From positions 1 through 30,388 of the forward strand of contig JBFWPD010000001.1 in the NCBI GenBank assembly GCA_050250175.1: a stretch of 30,388 nt of DNA, given 5' to 3'. Numbering within the stretch: the stretch's first letter is position 1; the number at the start of each line of letters is the position of its first letter. The stretch comes from Vicinamibacterales bacterium (GTDB taxonomy: Bacteria; Acidobacteriota; Vicinamibacteria; Vicinamibacterales; CAVVIG01). Below are positions 1 through 7,894 of this stretch, one piece after another. The translations under genes were made by a program, and so were the position numbers. The notes under the pieces are model-generated. The model was not told where the DNA came from and searched no databases. It worked only from the letters and a program-made list of their open reading frames with translations.

Positions 1-171
1 GAGGTCGAACGCCGCGCCACGCCATGTCACCGGCCGCGCAAGCGAATCACGCGTCGTCCCGGCAACTGGCGCGACGATGGCGCGCCGCGAGCCGGTCATC
101 CGGTTGAACAACGTGGACTTTCCGACGTTGGGGCGGCCGACGAGAACGACTGACGGGGTCCGTCTTGACAT
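1..171 (-). CDS. der: Ribosome biogenesis GTPase Der/EngA, N-terminal part (runs off the left edge)
   Basis: Not in the ORF track. Manual translation from ATG at 171: [42 protein letters not shown], with the G1 motif GRPNVGKS and G2 motif TRD typical of the first Der G domain. Confidence 0.88.
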   Translation of the reverse strand, partial: MSRRTPSVVLVGRPNVGKSTLFNRMTGSRRAIVAPVAGTTRDSLARPVTWRGAAFDL

Positions 172-196
172 GCGAAAAGTGAACTTAGCCTCTGCC

Positions 197-225
197 TTGA
201 CAGTGTAAGTTCAAGTATTTATAGT
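197..225 (+). promoter_or_regulatory. Sigma70-type promoter for the HU/IHF gene
   Basis: TTGACA (197-202), 17-nt spacer, TATAGT (220-225) in an AT-rich gap; CAGGAG Shine-Dalgarno at 239-244 before ATG 254. Confidence 0.75.
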
Positions 226-253
226 GTTTACCAGCTTCCAGGAGCCCATAAGC

Positions 254-523
254 ATGATCAAGGTGGACATCGTCAACGAAGTGTCGCGCATTGCCGACAT
301 CACCAAGGTTAAGGCCGAGGTGGCCGTTGACGCCGTCTTCGATGCGATGCGCACGTCCATGCAGCGTGGCGAACGGATCGAATTGCGCGGGTTCGGTGTC
401 TTCCAGGTCAAACCACGGAAGCGCGGCATCGGCCGCAACCCACGGACTGGAAAGGAAGTTCGCATCCCGCCCGGCCGCACGATCCGGTTCAAGCCCGGCA
501 AGGATCTGCAGAATATCGGGTAG
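254..523 (+). CDS. HU/IHF-family nucleoid-associated DNA-binding protein (89 aa)
   Basis: IELRGFGVF and GRNPRTGKEVRIP...IRFKPGK signatures. Start moved from 224 to ATG 254 because of the SD sequence and family-typical N-terminus (MIKVDIV). Confidence 0.93.
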   Translation: MIKVDIVNEVSRIADITKVKAEVAVDAVFDAMRTSMQRGERIELRGFGVFQVKPRKRGIGRNPRTGKEVRIPPGRTIRFKPGKDLQNIG

Positions 524-580
524 CCGTTCGACGCCTTTCGGGCCGAACCACCCATCCCGGGCCGCAGTAATCTCTTTCCC

Positions 581-1540
581 TTGGAACCCGCACGCGATTT
601 CCCGACACCGCTCGCGCCGTTCGAGTACCTCCACCTGGCCCCCAGGCGGAAGTTCCAGGATCGCGTCTGGCAGCACGTGCTCCTGCTGGCTTTGACAATA
701 GTCACGACCACCCTGACGGGCGCAAACCACTACGCCTCGTTCCTGAGCGACCTCGGCGCGCGCGACGTCGACCTGACGACCGCGGAGTACATCCTCAACG
801 GCTTCTGGTACAGCGGAACAATCCTGGCGATTCTTGGCTGTCACGAGCTTGGGCACTATTTTGCCTGCCGCTATTATGACGTCGACTCGTCACTCCCCTT
901 CTTCATTCCCGCTCCACTGCCACTGACCGGCACCCTCGGAGCCTTCATCAAGATCAGGGAACCGATTCCGACCAAGCGCATGCTCTTCGACATCGGGATT
1001 GCCGGACCTATCGCCGGGTTCGTCATCGCGGTTCCAGCGCTCTTCGTCGGCCTGGCCCTGTCGAACGTCGTCGAGCTCGAGCCGTCGCCGAGCCTGCTGT
1101 CGCTCGGGGAGCCTCTGCTCTTCCAGGGCGTGGCGCAGCTCCTCTTCGGCACGCAGCCCGATCACCTCTCGATCAACCTGCATCCCGTGGCGTTCGCGGC
1201 CTGGTTCGGCCTGCTGGCGACGGCGCTCAACCTGTTTCCGATCGGCCAGCTCGACGGCGGACACATCTCGTACGCCGTACTGGGAAGAAAATCGTCGTGG
1301 GTCACGCTGGCAATGGTCATGGTCGCCATCGTGCTGACCTACTTCTCGAGCAGCTGGATTGTCTGGACGACGCTGATGATCGTCATGCTGCTGGTATTCG
1401 GACGCCACCATCCGAGTACCTCTGACGAAGACGAACCACTCGATCGGACTCGGATGATCCTCGCGGTTTTCGCCCTCGTGATGTTCGTCCTCTGCTTCAC
1501 GCCTGCCCCAATCGGGCCTTCGGATCTGTTGGGCGATTGA
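581..1540 (+). CDS. Site-2 protease family (M50) membrane zinc metalloprotease
   Basis: HELGH (HExxH) and NLFPIGQLDGG (NxxPxxxLDG) motifs within multiple hydrophobic segments. Confidence 0.9.
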   Translation: MEPARDFPTPLAPFEYLHLAPRRKFQDRVWQHVLLLALTIVTTTLTGANHYASFLSDLGARDVDLTTAEYILNGFWYSGTILAILGCHELGHYFACRYYDVDSSLPFFIPAPLPLTGTLGAFIKIREPIPTKRMLFDIGIAGPIAGFVIAVPALFVGLALSNVVELEPSPSLLSLGEPLLFQGVAQLLFGTQPDHLSINLHPVAFAAWFGLLATALNLFPIGQLDGGHISYAVLGRKSSWVTLAMVMVAIVLTYFSSSWIVWTTLMIVMLLVFGRHHPSTSDEDEPLDRTRMILAVFALVMFVLCFTPAPIGPSDLLGD

Positions 1541-1545
1541 CCTTT

Positions 1546-1711
1546 CGAGACACGAAGGCACGAAGACACGAAGACGCGAAGAATCCAGTCGTGGTGTCTC
1601 TCTGCTCTGAGGTTGTGGTTTCGTAGCTGGGCGTTTCCCGGCCTTGCCTGCTTTCGTTGTCTTCGTGTCTCCGTGCCTTCGTGTCTCGTGTTCGTTCTTT
1701 TTCGTGCCTCG
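1546..1711. repeat. Inverted-arm element built from GACACGAA-type octamer tandem repeats
   Basis: 1546-1575 (cgagacacgaaggcacgaagacacgaagac) is the reverse complement of 1659-1688 with one mismatch in 30; further TTCGT(G) units run to 1711. Lies between the convergent stops at 1540 and 1712. Confidence 0.92.
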
Positions 1712-3967
1712 TCAGCTCACTGACAACGGATCGACATCCACGATCGTGCGTCGAGCAAGATCGGCCCGCGCTCCGAGCACGGTCATGATCGCTTCGCGAA
1801 GCCGCCTGCGGTTGCTCCCCTTCAGCAGCAGCTGCGCCCGGTACTCACCCCGCAGCTTTCCAAGCGGTGCCGGCGCGGGGCCCAGCACGACGAACCCATC
1901 GGCCGTGCGGCGCAGGGTGTCGGCAATGACGGACGCATCCTCCATGGCCGCGCCGAACGTCCGCGCGCGGACGACAGCATTCACGAGCGCCACGGCAGGC
2001 GGATACCGCATGGACTTCCGGAAATGCAGCTCCCGCTCGTAAAAGGCGCGATAGTCCTGCCGGCACGCCAGCTCGATGCTGTAGTGATCCGGGTAGATCG
2101 TCTGCACGATTGCCTCGCCCGGACGTTCGCCGCGGCCCGCCCGTCCCGCCACCTGGGCGATCAACTGAAACGTCCTCTCTGACGCGCGAAAGTCCGCCAG
2201 GCCAAGGCCGACGTCCGCCGACACGACGCCGACGAGCGTCACCTTCGGAAAGTCATGTCCCTTGGCGATCATCTGCGTGCCTACCAGCACGTCGAGTTCG
2301 CCGTTCCAGAACTTCGTGAGCAGCGCGCCAGCGGCGCCCTTCCGGCGAACGGCATCGCGATCCAGTCGGGCAACCCTCGCGTTCGCCCAGAGACGCCGAA
2401 CCTCGGCCTCGACGCGCTCAGTACCAAACCCGGCCTGCTCCATGTACGGAGCGGCGCATACGGGACATCTGGCCGGGACACGCGTCGAGTAGTTGCAGTA
2501 GTGACACCGTGCGCGACGCGCGGCGCCCTCGCCATGAACGACGAGCGACACACTGCAGTTCGGGCAGTCCACGGTCCCGGCGCACTGGCGGCAGAAGACC
2601 GAGGTCGCGAAGCCGCGACGATTGAGCAGGATGAGCGCCTGCTCGCCGAGCGACAGCCGGATGTCGATCGCCTCTCTCAGTGGCCGGCTCAATACCACGT
2701 CCGGCCCCTCGCCGGCGTACTGGGTCCGCATGTCCACGACGGTCACGGTGGCCAGTGGACGATCAAGCACCCGTTTGGAGAGGACGACCCGTTCGTACCG
2801 GCCGCGATCGGCGTTGTGATACGTCTCCATCGACGGCGTCGCCGATCCGAGAACGACGAGGGCACCCGACCGGCTGGCCCGGACGATCGCGATGTCCCTC
2901 CCGTTGTAGCGCGGACTCTCCTCCTGCTTGTACGAGCCGTCATGCTCCTCATCGACGACGACCAGCCCCAGTCCATCGAGAGGCGCGAACACGGCGGATC
3001 GCGTCCCGACGACGACGTCCACGGCGCCGTTGCGGATTCGCTGCCACTGATCGTGCCGCTCTCCGTCAGACAGCCCGCTGTGCTGCACGGCGACGCGATC
3101 GCCGAAAGCCTGGCGGAAGAGCGATGCGATCGCCGACGTCAGGGCGATCTCGGGCACCAGCATCAGCACGGTCCGTCCTGACGCCCGCACGGCGTCGGCG
3201 AGACGCAGATACAGCTCCGTCTTGCCGCTGCCCGTCACACCGTGCAGCAGTGCCACGCGAAACTCACGCGCCGCCGCCAGCGTCTTCAAACGCTCGAACG
3301 CCTCCGCCTGCTCCAGCGTCAGCCGGCGTGCGGCGTCAAGCCGGCCGAGATCCACGCTGTCGACCGCGAAGGGATCTCTGTCCAGGCGTTCACGCTCGAT
3401 GCGGACGAAACCCTGCTTCGACAGGCGCGTCACAACGTCAGCGCTGATGCCCTCGCTCGCAAGAGCCGCGACAGGCACAGGCGCCGGCGAGGAGGCCAGC
3501 CACGCGAGCGTCTCACGCTGCCTCGCGGTCAGAGGTTTGCCAGCGGCCGCCGCAGCCGGTCGCGGGGGATCCCCGCCGGCGGCCAGCAGGCGACGGCCTT
3601 CGTCCGTTGCGAATGCGACCTGCCGTGTCTTGTGAGCGTCTGCGCGGACGCCGCGCGCCATCGGCGGCAGGACTGCCGTGAGCGTGTCGCCGATACCAGC
3701 CGCGTAGTAGTCGGCGGTCCAGCGTGCGAGCTCGACCACATCCGACGGCACGAAGGGCACGTCGTCGAGTATCTGCGTGACCGACTTCAGGACGGCCCCC
3801 TCCATGCCCTCCGCGCCAACTCCGGTCTCGACGACGATGCCGGTGACGGTACGGGAGCCAAGAGGCACGACCACCCGAGCGCCTACTGACGGCGGCGGTG
3901 CGGAATCGGGGACGAGGTAGGTGAGAAGATCGAGTGCGGGAACGGGAACAGCAACGCGGATCAGCAC
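1712..3967 (-). CDS. priA: Primosomal protein N' (replication-restart helicase)
   Basis: Walker A GVTGSGKT, DEEH box, four Cys pairs (CRQC, CPNC, CHYC, CPVC), GTQMIAKGHDF and QVAGRAGR motifs. Confidence 0.96.
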   Translation of the reverse strand: MLIRVAVPVPALDLLTYLVPDSAPPPSVGARVVVPLGSRTVTGIVVETGVGAEGMEGAVLKSVTQILDDVPFVPSDVVELARWTADYYAAGIGDTLTAVLPPMARGVRADAHKTRQVAFATDEGRRLLAAGGDPPRPAAAAAGKPLTARQRETLAWLASSPAPVPVAALASEGISADVVTRLSKQGFVRIERERLDRDPFAVDSVDLGRLDAARRLTLEQAEAFERLKTLAAAREFRVALLHGVTGSGKTELYLRLADAVRASGRTVLMLVPEIALTSAIASLFRQAFGDRVAVQHSGLSDGERHDQWQRIRNGAVDVVVGTRSAVFAPLDGLGLVVVDEEHDGSYKQEESPRYNGRDIAIVRASRSGALVVLGSATPSMETYHNADRGRYERVVLSKRVLDRPLATVTVVDMRTQYAGEGPDVVLSRPLREAIDIRLSLGEQALILLNRRGFATSVFCRQCAGTVDCPNCSVSLVVHGEGAARRARCHYCNYSTRVPARCPVCAAPYMEQAGFGTERVEAEVRRLWANARVARLDRDAVRRKGAAGALLTKFWNGELDVLVGTQMIAKGHDFPKVTLVGVVSADVGLGLADFRASERTFQLIAQVAGRAGRGERPGEAIVQTIYPDHYSIELACRQDYRAFYERELHFRKSMRYPPAVALVNAVVRARTFGAAMEDASVIADTLRRTADGFVVLGPAPAPLGKLRGEYRAQLLLKGSNRRRLREAIMTVLGARADLARRTIVDVDPLSVS

Positions 3968-3986
3968 GAGCCCCGGCGACCTCTGG

Positions 3987-4724
3987 TCAGCCGCCAGCGA
4001 GGAGCCGCTTCACGAGCTTCATGTCTTCCCAGACCTCCCGCTTCGACGCCGGGTTGCGGAGCAGGTACGCGGGATGGAACGTGGGGATCAGCTTTGCTCC
4101 GCGATAGTCGAAGATGCGTCCCCGCAACCGGGAGATCGGCTCCTCGGTCCGCAGCAGCGTCTGGGCGCCGAACTTTCCCAGCGCCACGATCACCTTGGGC
4201 TGGATGATGTCCACCTGCCGGAACAGGAAGGGCTCGCACGACGCCACTTCGTCGAACTCCGGATTCCTGTTCTGGGGTGGCCGGCATTTGATGACGTTGG
4301 CGATGTAGACGTCGGCCCTCGTCATCTCGATCGCCTCGATGATCTTCGTCAGCAGCTGCCCTGCGCGGCCGACGAAGGGCTCGCCCTGCAAGTCTTCGTC
4401 GGCGCCCGGCGCTTCGCCGACGAACATCAGGTCGGCGCTCGGGTTGCCGACACCGAACACCACCTGCGTTCGCCCGAGCGTGTGGAGCTTGCAGCGGGCG
4501 CAGTCAGGGCCGATCTCGCTCTTCAACGCAGCGAGCGCATCCACTTGCGAGACCGAGAAGGAGACCGGAACCGCGGCCGGCTCCGCAGCAGGAAGGGCAA
4601 CTGAGGCCGCTTCGGGGATCGCATCGTCGCCCTCGCGGCGCCGCCACGCCGGATCGCGACTCACGCCCTGTACCCCAAGTTCAGCGGCGAACCGGAGATG
4701 TTCCCGGAGCTGTTGGGGATCCAT
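3987..4724 (-). CDS. Uracil-DNA glycosylase, family 4 type (Fe-S)
   Basis: [16 protein letters not shown] and HPAYLLR motifs, with Cys ligands CARC, KCRPP and SCEP. Start placed at ATG 4724 ([10 protein letters not shown]); the longer track ORF extends into coaBC. Confidence 0.9.
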   Translation of the reverse strand: MDPQQLREHLRFAAELGVQGVSRDPAWRRREGDDAIPEAASVALPAAEPAAVPVSFSVSQVDALAALKSEIGPDCARCKLHTLGRTQVVFGVGNPSADLMFVGEAPGADEDLQGEPFVGRAGQLLTKIIEAIEMTRADVYIANVIKCRPPQNRNPEFDEVASCEPFLFRQVDIIQPKVIVALGKFGAQTLLRTEEPISRLRGRIFDYRGAKLIPTFHPAYLLRNPASKREVWEDMKLVKRLLAGG

Positions 4725-5940
4725 GCGACGCTGCGGCTGAGGCCTGGTGACGGGCGAGGAGCGCCTCGACGCGGTCGAGCACTTCGGCGGCCACCCTCGC
4801 CTTGGACTGTAAGGGAAGAGTCTCGTTGACGGCCTCTCCGACAATCGTGACGGCGTTGGTCTCGACGTCGAATCCGGCATCGGCCCGCGACACGTCGTTG
4901 GCCACGACCAGATCCACCTGCTTCGCCTGGCGCTTGGCAACCGCGCGCGCTACCAGGTCCTCGGTCTCGGCGGCAAACCCGATCAGGACAGCGGCGCCGC
5001 CCCTTGCGGCGCGTCTCGCGCCCACCTCGGCGAGGATGTCGCGCGTTCGCTCGAGCTCGAGCGTGCTGCCGGTTTCGTCCTTCGACACCTTCTGCGGTGA
5101 GTGCGTGGCCGGCGTGTAGTCGGCGACCGCGGCGGCCATCACGACGACATCGGCCGCGTCTGCCGATTCCATGACGGCGGCGTGCATCTCCGCAGCACTC
5201 CTGATGCGAACGATGCGGTCGACCGCCGGCGGCGTGACTGCCGTCGGCCCGGCCACGAGCGTGACCTGTGCGCCGCGGCGCGCCGCTTCTGCGGCAATCG
5301 CGAATCCCATCCGGCCGCTCGACCGGTTGCCGATGAACCGCACGGGGTCGAGATCTTCGAACGTCGGGCCCGCGGTGACGAGCACACGGCGGCCGCTCAG
5401 CGGACCACTGGGCCGGAGCATGGTGTGAGCCGCCGAGACGATCTCGTCGGGTTCGGCGAGCCGGCCCTTGCCGATCCATCCGCACGCCAGATAGCCCTCA
5501 CCAGGCTCGACAAACATCACGCCGCGCGCCGTCAGCGTATCGAGGTTCTTCCTCACCGCTTCGTGCGCGAACATCTGAGTGTTCATCGCAGGCGCCACGA
5601 GGACCGGCGCACGTGTCGCCGTGTACAGCGTGGAGAGGAAGTCGTCGGCGATCCCATTCGCCATCTTGCCGATGATGTTGGCGGTGGCGGGGGCGATGAG
5701 CAGCAGGTCGATCGACGATGCCAGGGCGATATGTTCGATGTCCGCGTTCGCACCCGACTCGAACTGGTCGGTAATGACGCGCCGTCTGGTGATCGCTTCG
5801 AATGTCAGCGGACCGACGAAGCGCGTGGCCGAGTGGGTCATGATGGCCACGACCTCGTGCCCGAGCTTCTGCAGGCCTCGGGCGACTTCCACCGCCTTGT
5901 AGGCGCCAACGCCGCCGGTGACGCCGAGAGCGATCAACAT
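4681..5940 (-). CDS. coaBC: Bifunctional phosphopantothenoylcysteine decarboxylase / phosphopantothenate-cysteine ligase
   Basis: N-terminal flavoprotein domain (APATAN, APAMN) and CoaB motifs [27 protein letters not shown]. Confidence 0.96.
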   Translation of the reverse strand: MLIALGVTGGVGAYKAVEVARGLQKLGHEVVAIMTHSATRFVGPLTFEAITRRRVITDQFESGANADIEHIALASSIDLLLIAPATANIIGKMANGIADDFLSTLYTATRAPVLVAPAMNTQMFAHEAVRKNLDTLTARGVMFVEPGEGYLACGWIGKGRLAEPDEIVSAAHTMLRPSGPLSGRRVLVTAGPTFEDLDPVRFIGNRSSGRMGFAIAAEAARRGAQVTLVAGPTAVTPPAVDRIVRIRSAAEMHAAVMESADAADVVVMAAAVADYTPATHSPQKVSKDETGSTLELERTRDILAEVGARRAARGGAAVLIGFAAETEDLVARAVAKRQAKQVDLVVANDVSRADAGFDVETNAVTIVGEAVNETLPLQSKARVAAEVLDRVEALLARHQASAAASHGSPTAPGTSPVRR

Positions 5941-5978
5941 CTGGTAATCGGGGGATTTGGTGATCTGGTAACTGTGTG
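5939..5978. repeat. Short degenerate octamer array (ATCTGGTA-like)
   Basis: 8-nt period: atctggta atcggggg atttggtg atctggta actgtgtg, filling almost the whole rpoZ-coaBC gap. Confidence 0.55.
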
Positions 5979-5983
5979 AACTG

Positions 5984-6193
5984 CTACTCCTCGGGCACCA
6001 CAGCTTCGGGCGCAGGAATCACGATCGGAAGCCGCTCGACAGCTCCGGTCTGCACTTCCCTTTTTGCAATCGTCACCTTCTTGTGGTTGCCGACGTCCAC
6101 GCGGGGCGTGGATCCGGCGAGCAGCTGGCGGGCGCGTGCGCCTGCGGTGACGACAAACTCGAATCGACTGGGGGGCTGGCTTGGGTTGCTCAC
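5984..6193 (-). CDS. rpoZ: RNA polymerase omega subunit
   Basis: SRFEFVVTAGARARQL resembles the omega helix; position between gmk and coaBC; GTG 6193 preceded by AGGAG. Confidence 0.85.
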   Translation of the reverse strand: MSNPSQPPSRFEFVVTAGARARQLLAGSTPRVDVGNHKKVTIAKREVQTGAVERLPIVIPAPEAVVPEE

Positions 6194-6212
6194 GTTCTCC
6201 TCTTTCCTTCCT

Positions 6213-6875
6213 TCATCGCGCATCTTCGTTCACCGGGCGGCGGGCAAAGGTGTGGACCACGCTCTGCGCCACCGGCCGCATCCGTTCCATTCTGGCACGC
6301 TCGGCGAGGACGATGCCACGAAGCCGATCCACGGCGGCGGTCAGCTCGTCGTTGAGGACCACGTAGTCGTAGTCTGCGAACGAGGCGACCTCGTCGCGCG
6401 CCACCTGCAGCCGGCGCTGAATCGCTCCGTCGCTGTCCTTGCTCCGGCCCCGCAGACGCTGCTCGAGGACTGCGAATGACGGGGGCATGACGAACACCGT
6501 GATGAGCGGAATGCCGCTCCGGCGGACCTGGCGCGCCCCCTGGACGTCGATCACGAGGACCACGTCGTCGCCGGTCGCGAGCAGTGTCTCGGTGTCCGCG
6601 CGCGAAGTGCCATACAAGTTGCCGAAGACGTCGGCCCACTCGAGGAACTCGCCGCGATCGCGCCTGATCTCGAACTCGCTGCGGGACACAAAATTATAGT
6701 CGACCCCGTCGGTCTCGCCCTGGCGCGCGTCGCGTGAGGTGTAGGAGCGCGAGAGCCTGAGATGGGGCATCTGCTCGACGAGACGCTCGACGATGGTCGT
6801 CTTCCCGGCGCCGGACGGCGCGGAGACGATGAAGAGCAGTCCGCGTCCGCCCCTCCCCGACGCCTCACTCGACAT
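6213..6875 (-). CDS. gmk: Guanylate kinase
   Basis: P-loop SAPSGAGKTT, SYTSR..R.GE.DGVDYNFVS and GNLYGT motifs. Confidence 0.96.
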   Translation of the reverse strand: MSSEASGRGGRGLLFIVSAPSGAGKTTIVERLVEQMPHLRLSRSYTSRDARQGETDGVDYNFVSRSEFEIRRDRGEFLEWADVFGNLYGTSRADTETLLATGDDVVLVIDVQGARQVRRSGIPLITVFVMPPSFAVLEQRLRGRSKDSDGAIQRRLQVARDEVASFADYDYVVLNDELTAAVDRLRGIVLAERARMERMRPVAQSVVHTFARRPVNEDAR

Positions 6876-7758
6876 TCTGCACCTGCTCGCGCATCTTCTC
6901 GAGCTCCGCCTTCGCCGCGATGATCAATTCCGAGACCCGCAGGCCGTCCGCCTTCGAGCCCATCGTGTTCACTTCGCGATTCATCTCCTGCAGCAGAAAG
7001 TCGAGCTTGCGTCCGCACGGCTCCGGGCTGTCAGCCAGCGCCACCCAGTGCGACACGTGCCCTCGAAATCGTGCGGTTTCCTCGGAGATGTCCGACCGTG
7101 CCGCCACGCGCACGATCTCCTGCGCGACCATGGTCTCGTCGGCCTGAGAATCAGCACGCAACTCGCGCACGCGCGCTGCGAGACGCTCTTCGACGCCGGC
7201 GCGGCCCGCATCGGCAGCAACCGCGATCTGCTCGACGAGCGACGCGGCGGTGGTCCGCCGCTCGTCGAGATCCGCGCGAAGATGCTCGCCCTCCCGCAAT
7301 CGCATGACGTCGAGCTCGACGAGCGCGGCATGGAGCGCACGGCGGGCCTGCGTGGCCAGCTCCTCCGCGAGCGACTCGTCGGCATCGGCGGGGCGTTCGC
7401 GAATTGTCAGGGCCTGCGGCATCCGCACGAGGTCTCCGGGGGTCAGCACGCCGGCGACGAGTCCGCGGCCTCGTGCACGCTGCAGCGCAGCCTCGAGCGC
7501 CTGCGCGAACTCCTCGTTGAGCTCGACCTCCACGCCGGGCGGCTGACGCAGCTGGAGCGAGATGGCGACTTCTACCCTGCCGCGCGCGACTCGCTTGGCG
7601 ACAAGCGCCCGGACGTCGCTCTCAATGGCCGCCAGCATCGACGGCAGCCGCAGCTGGAGATCGAGATGACGATGATTCAGGGATCTCACGGTTACGCCGA
7701 CGGTCGCGCGGTCCGCTTCGTCGGTCACTGCGGCAAATCCGGTCATGGACTTGATCAT
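6865..7758 (-). CDS. yicC: YicC/YloC family endoribonuclease
   Basis: N-terminal MIKSMTGFA and C-terminal GRKLDFLLQEMNREVNTMGSK; conserved position upstream of gmk. Confidence 0.92.
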   Translation of the reverse strand: MIKSMTGFAAVTDEADRATVGVTVRSLNHRHLDLQLRLPSMLAAIESDVRALVAKRVARGRVEVAISLQLRQPPGVEVELNEEFAQALEAALQRARGRGLVAGVLTPGDLVRMPQALTIRERPADADESLAEELATQARRALHAALVELDVMRLREGEHLRADLDERRTTAASLVEQIAVAADAGRAGVEERLAARVRELRADSQADETMVAQEIVRVAARSDISEETARFRGHVSHWVALADSPEPCGRKLDFLLQEMNREVNTMGSKADGLRVSELIIAAKAELEKMREQVQNVE

Positions 7759-7762
7759 GGAC

Positions 7763-7886
7763 GGCTTCAGGCTCCGGGCTACTTCGGGCTTCGGGCTTCG
7801 GGCTACAGGCTTCGGGCTTCGGGCTTCGGGCTTCGGGCTTCGGGCTTCAGGCTTCAGGCTTCAGGCTTCAGGCTACAGGCTTCAGG
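7763..7886. repeat. Heptamer tandem array (GGCTTCG / GGCTTCA / GGCTACA), 17 units
   Basis: Counted directly: 17 consecutive units from 7763 to 7884, one of them 10 nt (7777-7786). GGCTTCG-dominated block first, GGCTTCA-dominated block second. Confidence 0.97.
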
Positions 7887-7894
7887 ACGGCACG

